Of a DNA stretch of 64,000 nt, positions 1 to 12,662 are shown piece by piece. The position numbers were made by a program, and so were the translations under genes. The notes beneath the pieces are model-generated. The model was not told where the DNA came from and did no database searches. It saw nothing but the letters and a program-made list of their open reading frames with translations. The first letter of the stretch is position 1. Every line of letters begins with the position of its first letter. The DNA is from Minutocellus sp. GHC0000111 (taxonomy: Eukaryota). The stretch lies in contig OZ361258.1 in NCBI GenBank assembly GCA_977018835.1, positions 310,001-374,000 on the forward strand, written 5' to 3'.

Positions 1-3000
1 GGCGACGACGAAGACATTGCCGCTCCCAACAACAACAGCGGCACGATCACGGGAGCCAGAGCGGGAGTCCGGCGGCGCGACGACTTGGCGCGGCCGCCCG
101 TCCGGAGCCTCCGCGCCTCCACGAGCGCGGCGGCCAACTTGCAGCAGTCCGGTTCGGCTGGTGCTGGTACATGTAGGGGCAACGCGCCCGTCGGTTCGAG
201 CGGCGAATTTCCCATCGGCTTCGACGGCGATTCTGGCGCCAATAGGAGTGGTAGTGGCACTGGTGGTATTATGAGGGGTATAGACGCATCGTCCCGCCAC
301 CGCAACTCGTCGTGGAGCGACCTGGCCAACCGGGTGGAGCGACGCCGGTCGCGCTCCAACGAGAGCTTCCAGCAGCGCCTTGCCGATCGACTCGATGGGG
401 ACGGCGATGATGATGAGGAGGGTGATTACATGCATGGCCATGGCACCTCCTCTCCGCATGCGCGCAGAGCGCGGCAGTGCCGCAGAGGATCGCTGGGGAG
501 CAACGACGACGCGCAGAACTATGCACACCTCAGCTTGGCCCGTCCCCCGGTGCGAAGTCTGCGGACCAACCGCGGAGTTGGATCGCGACGAACCTCCCAC
601 ACCACCTCCCAGCAGCGACGGGGCAGTGCCAACAGCGGGGAGGGATCGTTGTCGGCGGCGGCGCTGGCGGCCGCCGCGGCCTTTGCCAGGGAGCACAGCA
701 TCGGCGAGACGGAGCGGAGGAGGAGCGGCACCCGGTTGGGCCTGGGGGGAGTGCTTCGGATTTGCTGGCCGTGACAGTGGGAGGGGAGGACGGGCTGGTT
801 CCCCCCATGACCATATCGGTGCCGGTGGTGCAGCAGCAGCAGCAGGAGCAGCAGTCGGATGGTAAAGATGGTGCTGCTGAAGGTGAAGATGGTGGGAAGG
901 GTGAGGAGAACGACGGAGAGGCCAACAATTCGGCAGTGTCCCTCGAAAAGAGCAGCAATCACGACAGCATGCCCTCGGTGGCATCCTCCTCGGCTCGGTC
1001 CACAAGGTCCATGTCTCGCAACAACAGCCAACGCGGTGGAGGAGGGGGTAACCTGGCTCAATCCAACCGCCGGGCGTCGGCTTCCGATACCTCGTCGGCC
1101 GGGGGTGGTGGTCGGTCGTCCCGCAGATCATCATCAGCCAGGCAGGTGGAACGGAGAAGATCCTCGGCCAAGTATGGCATATCCGTGGTGGACGACAAGG
1201 TCAAGGCCGATCTAGATTTACTGGGCAGTGCCGCCAATAGCTATAGCGACGATGACGACAATGACGACGATGATGCCTCGTTGGACGAGCAGGCCCTCGC
1301 CGACGCATCCGATCGGCAGCTCAGCGCGGCCAATACCAATAGCGGCAGCGGCGGACATCACAGCCACGGCCTCAGCCGGCGGGAGGGCACGGCCTCCAAG
1401 CGCGGGAGCTTTGCCCAGGAGGCCCTGTCGTCCCTCGTGGCGGTCTTCCAATCGAGCAAGGGGACGCTGGACGTCGATGGCTCGGCGGGAAGCAGCGACG
1501 ACGAGGGGGGTGGCAACGCCAGCCATGAGGATGCAGGCAGTCAATCGCACGGCAGTGCCGGCGGAGCAAGTCGCGCCGCCAACAGCGTCGATGCCGCTGT
1601 CGATGCGCTCGTGATAACCGACGATGAGGACGAGGACGACGGCGGGGGGCACATGACCTTGCCGGGCCATCATCACCACGACGACGATGCCGTCCCGGCC
1701 CCCATCCGCCTCGATGGGCAGCGGTCCGCCGGTATGCTGGGCTCTGGCAGCAAGAAGTTCTTGCCGGGCGCCAGCGTTCGGAGGCATGGGTCCAAGGCAG
1801 CTGCAGGTGGTGGCGGCGGCGAGGCTTCCGGCAGTCATGCGCTCGGTGCCTACGGAGCCGGTGCCGCCGAGGCGGCCGAGAGTGCCGCCCGAGCCGCGGC
1901 CGAATTTGTCACCGATCAGGATGGCATCATTTCTCCGCGAAAGAGAGGCATGCGCAGCAGTTCTCGGACCGATGAAGGCGATGACGATGACAACGAAGAC
2001 GGTAACGCCGACGGTATGCAAGTTGATTTCCCTGCCGAGCGGCGACGGGGTAGCTGGAATGGAGATCCCGCTTCCAAGCAAAAGGCGACTGTGAACAAGA
2101 TGAAGCGACGCGGTAGCTACACAAGCAGCGCCTACAGTAGTACCGACAGTCTCGCAAGTTCGATATATGAGCAAACTTTGCAACCACAAGTCAACAAGCC
2201 AACCACGGCGCCTCCGGGAGGCGGCCCGTCTGTTGTCTTTGGAGGTTCAGGCGCTGACAATGAGCCCATTGAGTCTGTTCCAGAGGGAGAGGTTGGCGAC
2301 GAGTCTGGCTCAGATGATGACAGCCAGCCAGATGAGGCATCATCATCGTCGTCCGATAGCGTATCGGTCGCGAGCGATGACATTTGCGACGATCCTGATC
2401 CTCCGACTCTTGTAGCCAAGGGTTTTGTTCCATGCAGTTTTGTTGCCAATGCTCAGAATTCTTCCGACATGAAGCTCAATATGTACGAGTCGTCTCAAAA
2501 CTTGGATTATACGACGTCAGGATTGACGCAGCAGGACAACAACGATTCAAGTGACAAGGCCCTGACAACCTTTAATCCGGCCTATCTCGACGCGGAAATG
2601 GCAGCGGGGATCCAGGGTGGCAAGATACTGCCCTCAATTTCCGCTAAGTTTGCTGCAGAACACTGCCTTTTCATCCGTGCGGTGCTGCAGCTGCTCGGAG
2701 AGAGAGATCGAGTTGGCGTCGAAGCGAACATGGATGATCCACACACACTCAAGTCAGGGCCGCTCAAGAAGAGCTCGTCCAATCTACCAGGTGTGTGGAA
2801 GGTGAAATTTGTCGAGATTCGGCGAGGAATTTTCTCGTACTACGAAGACAAGCCTTCCGCCGGCGGGGGTGACTCGCTACTGCGCAGAAATATCCCTCTT
2901 CGAAGCAGCCTATGTACCTGCCGTGCCGTCAAGCTTCGTCATTCCTCACTGGATGTCGGCCCAAGAGCCTCCCTTTTCGGTAGTGGGCCCAAGAGCTCCG

Positions 3001-4517
3001 GTGGGGGCTATGTCTTTGAGCTTTCTGTGCAGGGAGGTCGGAGACGGCTATGGATAGCAAGCTCCAAGGAAGAGCGACAGGCGTGGATCCGTGCTATACA
3101 TGAAGCGATGATTGGTGTATCGCAGACAGCCCCTCGTCGGGACAGCGGCAACTCTAGACATCCACTGCTTCCTTGGATAGCCCCTCCCAAGGATGACTGT
3201 GACCAGTACCTAAAGATTCAGGCCGCGACCAAGGCAGCAACAAGTGAGGCAGCGTATATGTCGGCAGTCACTCCTGTATGGAACACGGCCCTTTGTATTC
3301 CAGTGCAGCGCATTCGAGAACAGGCAGAGACGGTTGCATCCTTTGATATTCCTGACAGTTCTCGTCATCACGAAGCTCGGACCCGCCTTCAGATGTTTTG
3401 GGATGACTTATCGCACAATTCCTTGTCCTTGAACGGCCATACTTTGCTTGGAGAGCACAAGTATGGGCCAGAGCGTATGGTGGGTGCCTTGACTCGTTGC
3501 ATTTTGGAGTATGATCGATTGGCAAACGAGAAGGATGCGGCGGCTCCTGATCGTCGGACGGGTAACTTTCGTAGAGCCAGTACGGTCAGTTCCAGTGCGG
3601 CTGAGCAAATGACAGAGGTCCAAGCCATTGGATATGCCCGCGATATCCTACTTGGCTGTAATCGATCGGGAAGTGGACGAGACGACGATAGCTTTTTCTC
3701 CGTTGAGACTCTTTTTGGGAACAATGATTTTGCAGTTTTGATACCAATCTCTCAAACGGAACCAGTGCAAGTTGTTGTATCGAACGTCAATGCCGACGAC
3801 GACGACACAGCAGGGTTGCAGAACAACAATACCCGAGGAGGAAATTCGTTCGAGCGCAGCGGTTGGGTCGAGTATCGAACCAAATCCAGCAAGAAATGGA
3901 AGCGAAGATATTGCGTATTATCTGAGGGTGTGATTAGCATTTATGAAAATGGGTATCCGCGCCCTCATGGCCTGCGAGATCAGCTTGTTCTTGTGGGCGC
4001 CGCAATCTCTACTATTATTGGAGGCGGAAGCGGCGCAATCACACCACCCGATGAGTCTAGAGGCAGTCTCTTCGGTAACCTCCGCAAGGGAGGCAGATCG
4101 ATTGACGATACCAGCCCTCGTCCTCCTCCTCAAGATGATCCCAGCACTTCCAAGAGAAGTAAATTCTTCCGCAATCCAAAGCGTGCACCGAGCACTGGCT
4201 CCATTATGGCGGCCTTACAAGCAGACAAATATCCGGATGCCACCGTGCGAATATCTGTTCAGTCGTCCACTATGTACAAGCTTTGCACTTCCAATCCTGA
4301 CGGAGACGAGAATCAAGATACGTGGGGAATGGTTAGAACGAAGCTGTTGCGTAATTTTCTCCTTGCCGGCGGTCCCAACGGTCGGATGATCCGAGGAGAG
4401 GACATTGTCGAGCTTGAATTCCTGAAGGGCATCGTCCGCGAGGAAACTTTTCATCTCATCTTCTCCAAGAAGGAGGCTCTTGCCAACATCGGTGAGATTA
4501 GTGCATCTAGGAAGTAG
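1..4517 (+). CDS. Large protein with a disordered N-terminus and two PH domains (5'-partial; one frameshift at ~745)
   Basis: Frame 1 is open from base 1 to 774. It joins ORF 477..4517 at the G-run ctgggggga (~744-749), where one extra G gives LGLGGSASDLL. PH motifs: KSGPLKK..WKVKFVEIRRGIFSYYED..LWIASSKEERQAWIRAI and RSGWVEYR..KWKRRYCVLSEGVISIYE. Confidence 0.8.
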
Positions 4518-4586
4518 GGTCTCAGCGCCATAGCGATGAATAATTTCAACTGTGATTTGTTATAATGATCTCGAATTTTAGTATGC

Positions 4587-6367
4587 TTAGGGAATACAGT
4601 TGTCTCTCTCATAATCCTCAGGCGTCGCCACGCTACCATCGTTGCAGTCCTCCTTCCAGCAGGCCTTGTCGGTCGCCGACACATACTCTTTGCAAAACTT
4701 GTTATGGGCAACACCAATAAAGGATGCCAATTTGCCGATGCGTCTAGTCTCGGGATCCTCGAAACCGTTCCAGCCTACATACATCTTCCACAACTCGTTG
4801 CTATCGTCGGTATTTGGTGTGGCACCCTTCTTGAACTTGACGATATCCACCGGATAATCGACGTACATTGCGTCGGCAAGACCTTCTTGGTTAACCATCT
4901 TGAGTTCGGGGAGCTTGCCCTCCTCGCCGATGCCATCGCAGACCAGCTGGTAGAGGTACTGGTGCGACTTTTCATCGTAAAAGAACATGTATGGACGCTC
5001 GTTTGAGTATCGATTAGGGTCACTCTCTATATTTTCGGAGATGCAGACGTGGGTAGTACCGGCGTAGTTGCAACCTCGGATGGCTTCACCAAAGCCATTC
5101 TTGCATACCTCGCCGGTCTCGCTGTCGGTGAAGGTGGTTCCGGTGATGGGATAACGAGTGTTGGCTGGATCAATGAGGACGGGGAATAAGTCCGTTTCAT
5201 CCATCGACATACGGCAACCGCTCAACTCGCAAGGCGGCGTCTCGACCTCTTCAATGCCGAAGCGCCACTTGCCAAAGGCTCCGCCATTGTCACGGCAGAT
5301 GCCCTGGCCAACGGGGATGCAAGAGAACTCGCCGTGGTCGGGAATCTTGAGACGAACATTATCACACGACATTTCAGGTTTGTCGAGGGGGGGAATCCAG
5401 TAGTTGGACGGGATGAAGGCCTCTCCGACTGGGCAAATGAGAGGGGTGATTGCAACATTGTCAAGGACAAACTGTGCGGGTCCGGTAAGTCTTTCGGGGA
5501 TGTGCCAGGCAAATCGAATGCGGAGGCTGGTAGAACAAGAATCGAATACTCCAGCTTCTTGGAGTGACAGAGAAATTCCTCGTTCAGTCACTGAGCCACT
5601 TGTTTGTGGGACTAGGGTCGCCTGAGGGACTGGGACGCTCAATAAGACACTGTCGGTACTGTCAATCACTTGGACAAACATTTCTCTGTTTATCGATCCA
5701 GAAGAAATAAACAGATCCCAGCTCATTGAGAAGTCAAATACAACTTCAGAAGGACAAAGAATTTGAGATGCGCTTGACATTGTGAGATAATTCCACCCTC
5801 CTCCTCCGTCATAGCCATGAACAGAATATTGGTTGTCGTCTACAGGGCCTATATAATCGATTGGTGGAAAATAAGTCCTGAAATGGAATCCAAGCCAGTC
5901 AGGACCAAAGTCACCACAGCTTCCAAAACAGCCAACTTGGGTGCTGGTCGAATCAAAGCTGTCCATGAGATTATCAGTGGGATCGCAGTCCCAGGACCTG
6001 CGCCACTGCCTCGACTTCCGGTCTCGGCAGCTCCGGCGTTATCCTCTTCCCGTGCCAATGCCCCTTCTGCAGCGGAGGGGTTGCGGCCCATACACTCGTC
6101 GGGGGGTGGGTACTGCTCTCGGCAGATTTCGATGGGTTCGGCGTCAGAAATATAGACGACGGTCTCTACCGGTTCTTTTTCGGCATGATTGGTGGTGTTT
6201 AGTTTCGGTTGTGCTGGTTTAGATTCCTTCTTGCTTTTACTGTCCTTGCTGTTTTTCTTCAGGTTACGCCTGACCGTTCGGCGATCCACCTTGGAAGCAT
6301 CGGCAAGGCAAAGGGACGTAGATGCCAAGGCGGCGGCACAAAGCAATGCGTATTGATTGACCTTCAT
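4587..6367 (-). CDS. Secreted Cys-containing protein of unknown function (signal peptide, RxL, Lys cluster), frameshifted at ~5970-6035
   Basis: ORF 5849..6367 begins with a signal peptide (MKVNQYALLCAAALAS) followed by RRNLKKNSKDSKSKKESK. ORF 4587..5966 continues in another frame, and no clear intron joins them. Confidence 0.6.
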
Positions 6368-7199
6368 TGTAGCTAATCCTCTTATATAATGAATGAGTTC
6401 GATTTACGACAAGTTAAGTTCGTGTTTGCGTGTGGAGTCGCATCCAACCTGATTTTTTGTCGAGAATCTCCTCTCCCACCAATCGATGGCTGCACCATAT
6501 CAAGGGAGTAACAATAAACACGAGCGTGGATCTTCCTTGGCGCTCACTCATTGTCGCGCCGCTACTTGCTCCTACCGGCTCGTCGCCTTTATCACTTGGC
6601 GCACAGTTGCCGAGGGCCTTTTCCTCGCAAAAACGTCGTCCCGCGATGAAGCTGATTTGCGCGCGGCACTAAATGATCGCGCGCGCGAAAGCGCAGAGCT
6701 GCTGCTTCAATGCTGCTGCTGCTGCGAACCGGCCGCCGACTGCTTTTCGCCTCTAGCTAGGCTCTGAAAGAGAACGCCGATGCGAAGCAACCGGCCGGTA
6801 CATGCATGTACATGTAGCATAAAATGGCCGAAAATAGCTCAACAGAACAAAATCAAATCAGACATCACAGCAATATTTTTCCAGAATGAACATTATTTAT
6901 CGCGAAAGTCTCGTCAGCGCGCTGTTGGCGTACATAATGTGTTCGTCGTCCCCAGCACTTGCATTGGCAACCGAAGAGCTGGTAAGAGAATGTTCTGATG
7001 CACATTGACTTGTATTGCGTCTATCCACGCGCCTACGCGCTCATGCGACCACTGACACTCAAATGCGTGCCTTTCCACGTTTGTGTCTCACGCCCCTGTT
7101 TACCACCTCAGAAGCTCAACCAAAATCCCAGTCTACAGTTCCACCATGAACCGTTCTAATTGCTATGTGATCTGTGTGAAACTTACCTTTCCCTGTCCG

Positions 7200-7241
7200 A
7201 TTGATTATTTTCTTTCTGGTATTGATTATTTTCTTTCTGGT
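7200..7241. repeat. Perfect 21-bp tandem duplication attgattattttctttctggt x2
   Basis: Read directly from the sequence. Confidence 0.9.
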
Positions 7242-7292
7242 ACGCATCAACCTCCTTACATGTATTTCAATATGTAGGACCTTTGCACCAAT

Positions 7293-9179
7293 ATGGTGGA
7301 TTGTTTCGGTGGAATCTTTGCCACTGAAACCTACATAAATGACAAATTCATTAATCTCGAAACAGATGTCCAATCATGGATTCCTCCAGGTGTCTACAGC
7401 GAAGGCCAAGCAATTGCGACAGAAGCCTATGTCACTGCAATAACTTCTTCTCTTCAAAACGAAATTGATGGACTTCAACAAGAAGTTGCAGCACTTCGGC
7501 TACAACTATCGGCCCTTCAATCAGTTTGTGGCAACGGACTTGTCGAGCCCGGAGAAGAATGTGACGATGGAAACAACAACGGAAATAGTGCCTGTACCAT
7601 AACATACACCTTTAAGTCCCCCGGTGAACCTTTCTGCGGTGATGACGTTGTCAATGCCGGAGAGGAATGTGACGATGGGAACAACAAAGATGGCGACGGC
7701 TGCAGTGCCGCGTGCAAGAACGAGTTGACGTCGTCTTGCACATCAGAGAACGCTGAGTGTGAAGTGAATGGTACAGTCGGCAAGTGCGATTCAAATGGCC
7801 TATGTGTTTTTTCTCGCTCTTTTTGCCAGACCGACCCAAGCATATATGGAGAAAGGGCTAATGACTATCTTGGATATTCTGAATCAGGAAGCGCCGTCGC
7901 CTTGTCAAGCGAAGGGACGAGAGTCGCCATCGGAGCACTCAACAATGATGAGCCCAACTCTATCATTGGCGCGAATAGGGGTCATGTCCGCGTGTACCAA
8001 TTAGATGACAGTGCTGGTCCATGCAGCCTGTCTTGGAACAAAATCGGCCCCGATATTGATGGCGAAGCTGCGGGTGATAAGGCCGGACAAGCAATCGCTA
8101 TGTCTCGTGACGGATCAATCTTAGCTATTGGCGCATATCTAAATGACTGCAGCAGCCTTAACTTTCTTGAAAATAGAGGGCATGTTCGAGTTTATGCGCT
8201 AAATGAGGCCGACCCAATTTACGATTCCACCTGGGAGCAGCGTGGACATGATGTTGATGGCAAGATAAAGAATGACGACTCGGGCCTCTCCGTAGCTGTG
8301 TCCGATGATGGTTCGAGATTAGCTATCGGAGGATACAATACATACAGTTCTGCAGATAGCGGTAGGGTTCGGGTGTTTGACTTTGTTGAAGGCGAATGGA
8401 CTCAGGTCATTGACGACGTGGTTGGATTATCAGGTGATCATTCAGGACACTCACTTGCTATGTCCTCCGATGGTGCAATATTGGCCATCGGAGCACCCGG
8501 CCGTGCACCATGTCCTAAAGGATATTATGGCCGAGGCAATGTTCGCGTGATTCGGCTTTCTAGAGATGAAGTCACTAGGCAGGTTACATGGGAGCAGCTT
8601 GGCGCCGACATCGACGGCGACGGAGACTGCGATGAATCAGGTTGGTCAATTGCTCTATCATTCGACGGTAAGAGAATGGCTATCGGGGCTCCTCGGCATG
8701 ATTTTGGCACTGGCCAAGTTCGCGTGTATGAGCTGGATGAGGAGCTGAGTGAAGAGCTCGGTGAAGGAACCGGTCCCGAGTGGAAACAGCTTGGTGATTC
8801 TATCGATGCCGAAGGGCCAGGAGATAAATTTGGATGGTCCGTCGCCATGTCCGGTGATGGCACAAAGTTGGTAGTTGGAGCCACATACAATGATAACAGG
8901 ACAAAGATAGAGACTGGCTTCGATCGGTTCCCTAAACGTGGTCATGTACGAGTGTATGAGCTGGATGACATCACTGGCTCACCCACTTGGAAACAAGTTG
9001 GAAGTGACTTAGATGGCAAGGCACCAAATGAACACTTTGGGCATTCTGTTGGTATGTCTTCTGGTGGTACAACCATTGCCATCGCCGCCCCTTTTGTAAA
9101 AACCGACAGTGGAAACAACGCCGGAAGGATCAGTGTTTATGAATTGCATGAAGCCGGAACTTGTCCCTGTTTGGCATAG
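7293..9179 (+). CDS. Extracellular protein: coiled coil, Myxococcus-type Cys-rich repeats and FG-GAP-like beta-propeller repeats (probably lacks an upstream exon)
   Basis: CGNGLVEPGEECDDGN and CGDDVVNAGEECDDGN repeats, plus about 7 repeats of G-x-SVAMSxDGxxLAIGA..GxVRVY..WxQxG.DIDG. An in-frame acceptor (tatgtag) lies at ~7277. Confidence 0.8.
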   Translation: MVDCFGGIFATETYINDKFINLETDVQSWIPPGVYSEGQAIATEAYVTAITSSLQNEIDGLQQEVAALRLQLSALQSVCGNGLVEPGEECDDGNNNGNSACTITYTFKSPGEPFCGDDVVNAGEECDDGNNKDGDGCSAACKNELTSSCTSENAECEVNGTVGKCDSNGLCVFSRSFCQTDPSIYGERANDYLGYSESGSAVALSSEGTRVAIGALNNDEPNSIIGANRGHVRVYQLDDSAGPCSLSWNKIGPDIDGEAAGDKAGQAIAMSRDGSILAIGAYLNDCSSLNFLENRGHVRVYALNEADPIYDSTWEQRGHDVDGKIKNDDSGLSVAVSDDGSRLAIGGYNTYSSADSGRVRVFDFVEGEWTQVIDDVVGLSGDHSGHSLAMSSDGAILAIGAPGRAPCPKGYYGRGNVRVIRLSRDEVTRQVTWEQLGADIDGDGDCDESGWSIALSFDGKRMAIGAPRHDFGTGQVRVYELDEELSEELGEGTGPEWKQLGDSIDAEGPGDKFGWSVAMSGDGTKLVVGATYNDNRTKIETGFDRFPKRGHVRVYELDDITGSPTWKQVGSDLDGKAPNEHFGHSVGMSSGGTTIAIAAPFVKTDSGNNAGRISVYELHEAGTCPCLA

Positions 9180-9745
9180 CAAGGGCAACTCCGAGAGTGA
9201 TTGGATGAAAAATATTGGGTAACAGCTTCGCGTGCAGAGTGTACAAGATACAAGTTAGATTTTCTGCAGTACACACATGCAGACAGTGGCTCCCTTGTAG
9301 ATTTAATGCCCATATGGATACTGACGAATAAAGTTCAGGAGGTCGTCCGTCTCAGCGAGACTGGCGTTGCCTCAATCCAGATCGAAGAAGTCTAGCCCGC
9401 TTCCCGCCAGCTCCTGAAACCAACGCGTGCGTTGTGATCGTACCGCTATTATGATTGCTCCCTCCCATCGCTTGCTGCTGCTGCTGGTGGTGGGGTAGGA
9501 TGCCATCGATTTTATTCGATAGAAGAGAGTTGCCCGATACGTTACGTTCGAGTTGGTGCGAGAATAATGGCCAGCCATAGCCGCGTTCGGCATAGCTCCG
9601 GCAGTATTGCCCGCGCCGATCATATTGGCCGGCTCTCATATTGCATACTGCGAACACTTTGATTGCTAGAACATTACATTAATAAAACAAAAAATCACAT
9701 AATTGCACAGTGGATCTCCAACAGCAGCATGGAAATGCATGATTA

Positions 9746-10528
9746 TCACTTCCATGATGACATGGCACGAATGCGTGGTGGTGGTGGTATTCTTTGTTTG
9801 GACCACTTTTCGTCCTTGTATACAAAGAGACCTTCGCGATTCATCAGCATCGGAACAATAGTCGTCACTTGCGGATACAATCGACCGTAGATCCGCGCAT
9901 ATCTCAAAGCTTGGGCATTCCTTCTGCGCCGTTGGGCGGTCTCAGTATTACGTCCAACAACTCTCCTATGTGCACAACGTTCATCGTCCAGCTTAATGAC
10001 GGCGAAAGAGCCATTTCCGTCGGTAAAGACCAAATCGCCTCTTCCTACCACAACTCCTCTCGACGATCCCACAATGACCTCCCACCTCCATTCGTACAGA
10101 TACGGGTAGTCCATCGCGGCAGAGTTGGCTAGTAATCTCTTCGCAGCCCGGTACTTTGCCCTCGAAGTTCCGCAGTGCCGGTCGTACTTGATCAGCTTCT
10201 TCCGCAGCGCCATGTCGCGATTTCTATATTGCATTTGGCAATGATTCTCGCCGATCTCCGGGTGGTGTAGAGGTTCGGATCCACTTGGGCTGATTGGGTT
10301 TGTCTTTTCTCGATAATCGAATAACCAGGCGTCGTCGTCGAGGACAGAGTCTTCGTCGCCCTCCTCATCAACAGCCGAGACTGCATCAGCTCCTTGGAGG
10401 CCATATTTGATGTCGAGGTGCTTTCGGGCATTCTTCTTGTGCTCTCGCCGGGCCCGGAGAATTTCGATGGCGTCGACAAGGGTGTCCCACATCAAGAAGA
10501 GGGAACCGGCGGTGCATTCATGGGTCAT
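9746..10528 (-). CDS. Hypothetical protein with a degenerate PD-(D/E)xK-like motif set
   Basis: 260-aa ORF containing EW..GRGDLVFTDGNGSFAVIKLD...QALRY. Confidence 0.55.
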   Translation of the reverse strand: MTHECTAGSLFLMWDTLVDAIEILRARREHKKNARKHLDIKYGLQGADAVSAVDEEGDEDSVLDDDAWLFDYREKTNPISPSGSEPLHHPEIGENHCQMQYRNRDMALRKKLIKYDRHCGTSRAKYRAAKRLLANSAAMDYPYLYEWRWEVIVGSSRGVVVGRGDLVFTDGNGSFAVIKLDDERCAHRRVVGRNTETAQRRRRNAQALRYARIYGRLYPQVTTIVPMLMNREGLFVYKDEKWSKQRIPPPPRIRAMSSWK

Positions 10529-11279
10529 CCTGCTTCTTCGTTGTACAATGAATGCGCAAGCTCTGCGTGTGAGATCACTCTCGAGGATGTCAAGTGGGCA
10601 TGCGCTTACGTGTACGTGTAGGTACTGGAGCCCTCTGTGGTTCTACATTGTAAGACTTTCCGTTCTTCGGCTCGCCAGTTCGCAGGTTCGGTTCCAAGAT
10701 CGGTGGCTGCGTTACTACGTAGTACAATGGCGAGTCGAGGACCTTTTCCCCTCTCTCGGCCATCACTTGCTTGTCTCTTACTATGGCCGGCCTGCTCGCC
10801 TACGGACCCTACTTACGTACGACAACAGCGGCGGCCGAGACGAGAAAATGCTTGCTGCTGCTCATGCTCTAGCTAGATTTACTATTTTGACTCAAGGGCA
10901 TCGTTCGCGAGTCAAGAGAACATGGCCATTATATCACACACCTGAAGCTCCTCTGCAAACATCTGAGCTTGTAGGGAGTACCGGTAATGATTTTGACACT
11001 GTAGATCCGACGTCACAATTAGATCTAGCTCTGGCAACAAGGAGAGATACCCATTTTTTGCACAACCAGTTGTGGCGGTGTGGTTCGATGCCGATCAACG
11101 ACACGAACATTCGCATCGACATCGATATAGAGCGCGACTGACGACACGCACAATCGAAGTGCATGTATAGTGTATCAAATTACATGAGCATTATCTTTTA
11201 AATAAATAGAAATAGTCCGCGCCCGTTTCTCATGTTCGATCGGGCTGGGCCAACGACCTGTACTGATTACAGTTACATT

Positions 11280-12044
11280 TCACTGGCACACCGGCTGCTG
11301 CATCGGGGCTACCGTTAGTCCCCCTCGCTCCATGACCTCCCATTTCCTCTTTTGGGACTCCGACATCTTCTCTTCTCTCTGCGGCAGACGCGCTGAATGG
11401 CCGGCCTCGTTCTCAGTTCCGGGTTGACGTCGAGGCTGGATGTGCACCAGTTTGCTCGGTCCGGATGATGATATGCCTCGAATGCTGATCCTAGGACACT
11501 GCAGCGCCGCCAGATCGGGAAACTTGCGTTCTTTTCCCCTCGACGGCTTTCGCGTTTCGTTCGTCGGCTGGATGTGTACCAACTTGCTCGGTCCGGACGC
11601 CGATATGTTTCGAATGAAAAATCTAGGGCATTGCAGCGCCGCCAGGTCGGCCAGCTCCTCTTCTTTTTCCCCTGATGGCTTGCCCGTGCACGACGAGGCC
11701 TTGACGGGCTGCGACTCCAATGATTTCGGTTGGCGCTTCCGTTTGTGGGCCACAAAATCCATCTTTGCTTGCTCCGGGGTTACCGGCACTGCCGGTTGAG
11801 CTACCGGCACTGGTGCATCGGCGGTTCCTGCCGCAGCGGCGAAAAGAGGTGCTCCGGCGGCGCAGTCGAGTTGCACACTTTGATCGTTTCTCATGTTTTC
11901 GTTGGAGGGGCAACGGCGAAACGACGTTGTGGGAATGTACCTAGGTAGCTCAAGCTCAAGCAGTTCGGCACTTTGTTTTGTGGTATTGGTTGTCGTGTGT
12001 TTTTTTTTCCAAGATTGGCCAATGCCCAGTCGGTCTTTGGCCAA
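11280..12044 (-). CDS. Hypothetical basic, low-complexity protein with a duplicated ~28-aa motif (true start may be ~11894)
   Basis: DLAALQCPRxxIRxISxSGPSKLVHIQP occurs twice. Confidence 0.45.
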   Translation of the reverse strand: MAKDRLGIGQSWKKKHTTTNTTKQSAELLELELPRYIPTTSFRRCPSNENMRNDQSVQLDCAAGAPLFAAAAGTADAPVPVAQPAVPVTPEQAKMDFVAHKRKRQPKSLESQPVKASSCTGKPSGEKEEELADLAALQCPRFFIRNISASGPSKLVHIQPTNETRKPSRGKERKFPDLAALQCPRISIRGISSSGPSKLVHIQPRRQPGTENEAGHSARLPQREEKMSESQKRKWEVMERGGLTVAPMQQPVCQ

Positions 12045-12662
12045 CCTTTCAGAAATAATTCGTGAGTATCATTCCACCTCCAAGCGGCAACCTGTAGCTG
12101 CGCAAAGGATCAGGCAAATCGATTCCACCAGACAACTAAACAAGTTGGATGATGGTAATTGCTTGTTCCTGGGGGCCACCCTGCGAGCCTTTTCCTTCCC
12201 AACAAACATCCTGTCTGCAAATTTTTCATTACTATGGGTTTTTGAACCAAAGCAAGGATCTGACCGGCCGGCTCGCGACATAGCCCCTCCATTTCCCCTC
12301 GATTTTTATTCCCTCGATTTTTTGGCGAGCGGAATCTCGAGTTCCAGAGGATCGCCAACCAGCCCAAAGCAGAAAGCGATCGATCCGGTGTAACTCCTCA
12401 TACCATTTGCATCGCATTGCTATCCCTACTAGTACTTTGTCGGCTGCTTTGACACGAGGCTTCTGCTCTGCTTGAAAGTTTCTAATTGCTTTTCAAGCAC
12501 TTATCGCATATCGCATTTCCAGCACAAGATACGCCACGTTCTTCTTTTGTGCTACTTTTTGATCGATCGTCGTGACTCCATCGCTGATTATTCGATTAGA
12601 TCTGCTCCAGCCCAGTTGCAAATATATCCAAGTCAAACCCAAGCAACAACGAAAGCACCGCC

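Noticed and set aside
740..750. Programmed ribosomal frameshift in the PH gene
   Set aside because: The shift falls in a G homopolymer, so a sequencing or slippage indel is the simpler explanation.
10407..11141. 244-aa plus-strand ORF
   Set aside because: Overlaps the start of the minus-strand gene, has atypical composition and shows no motifs.
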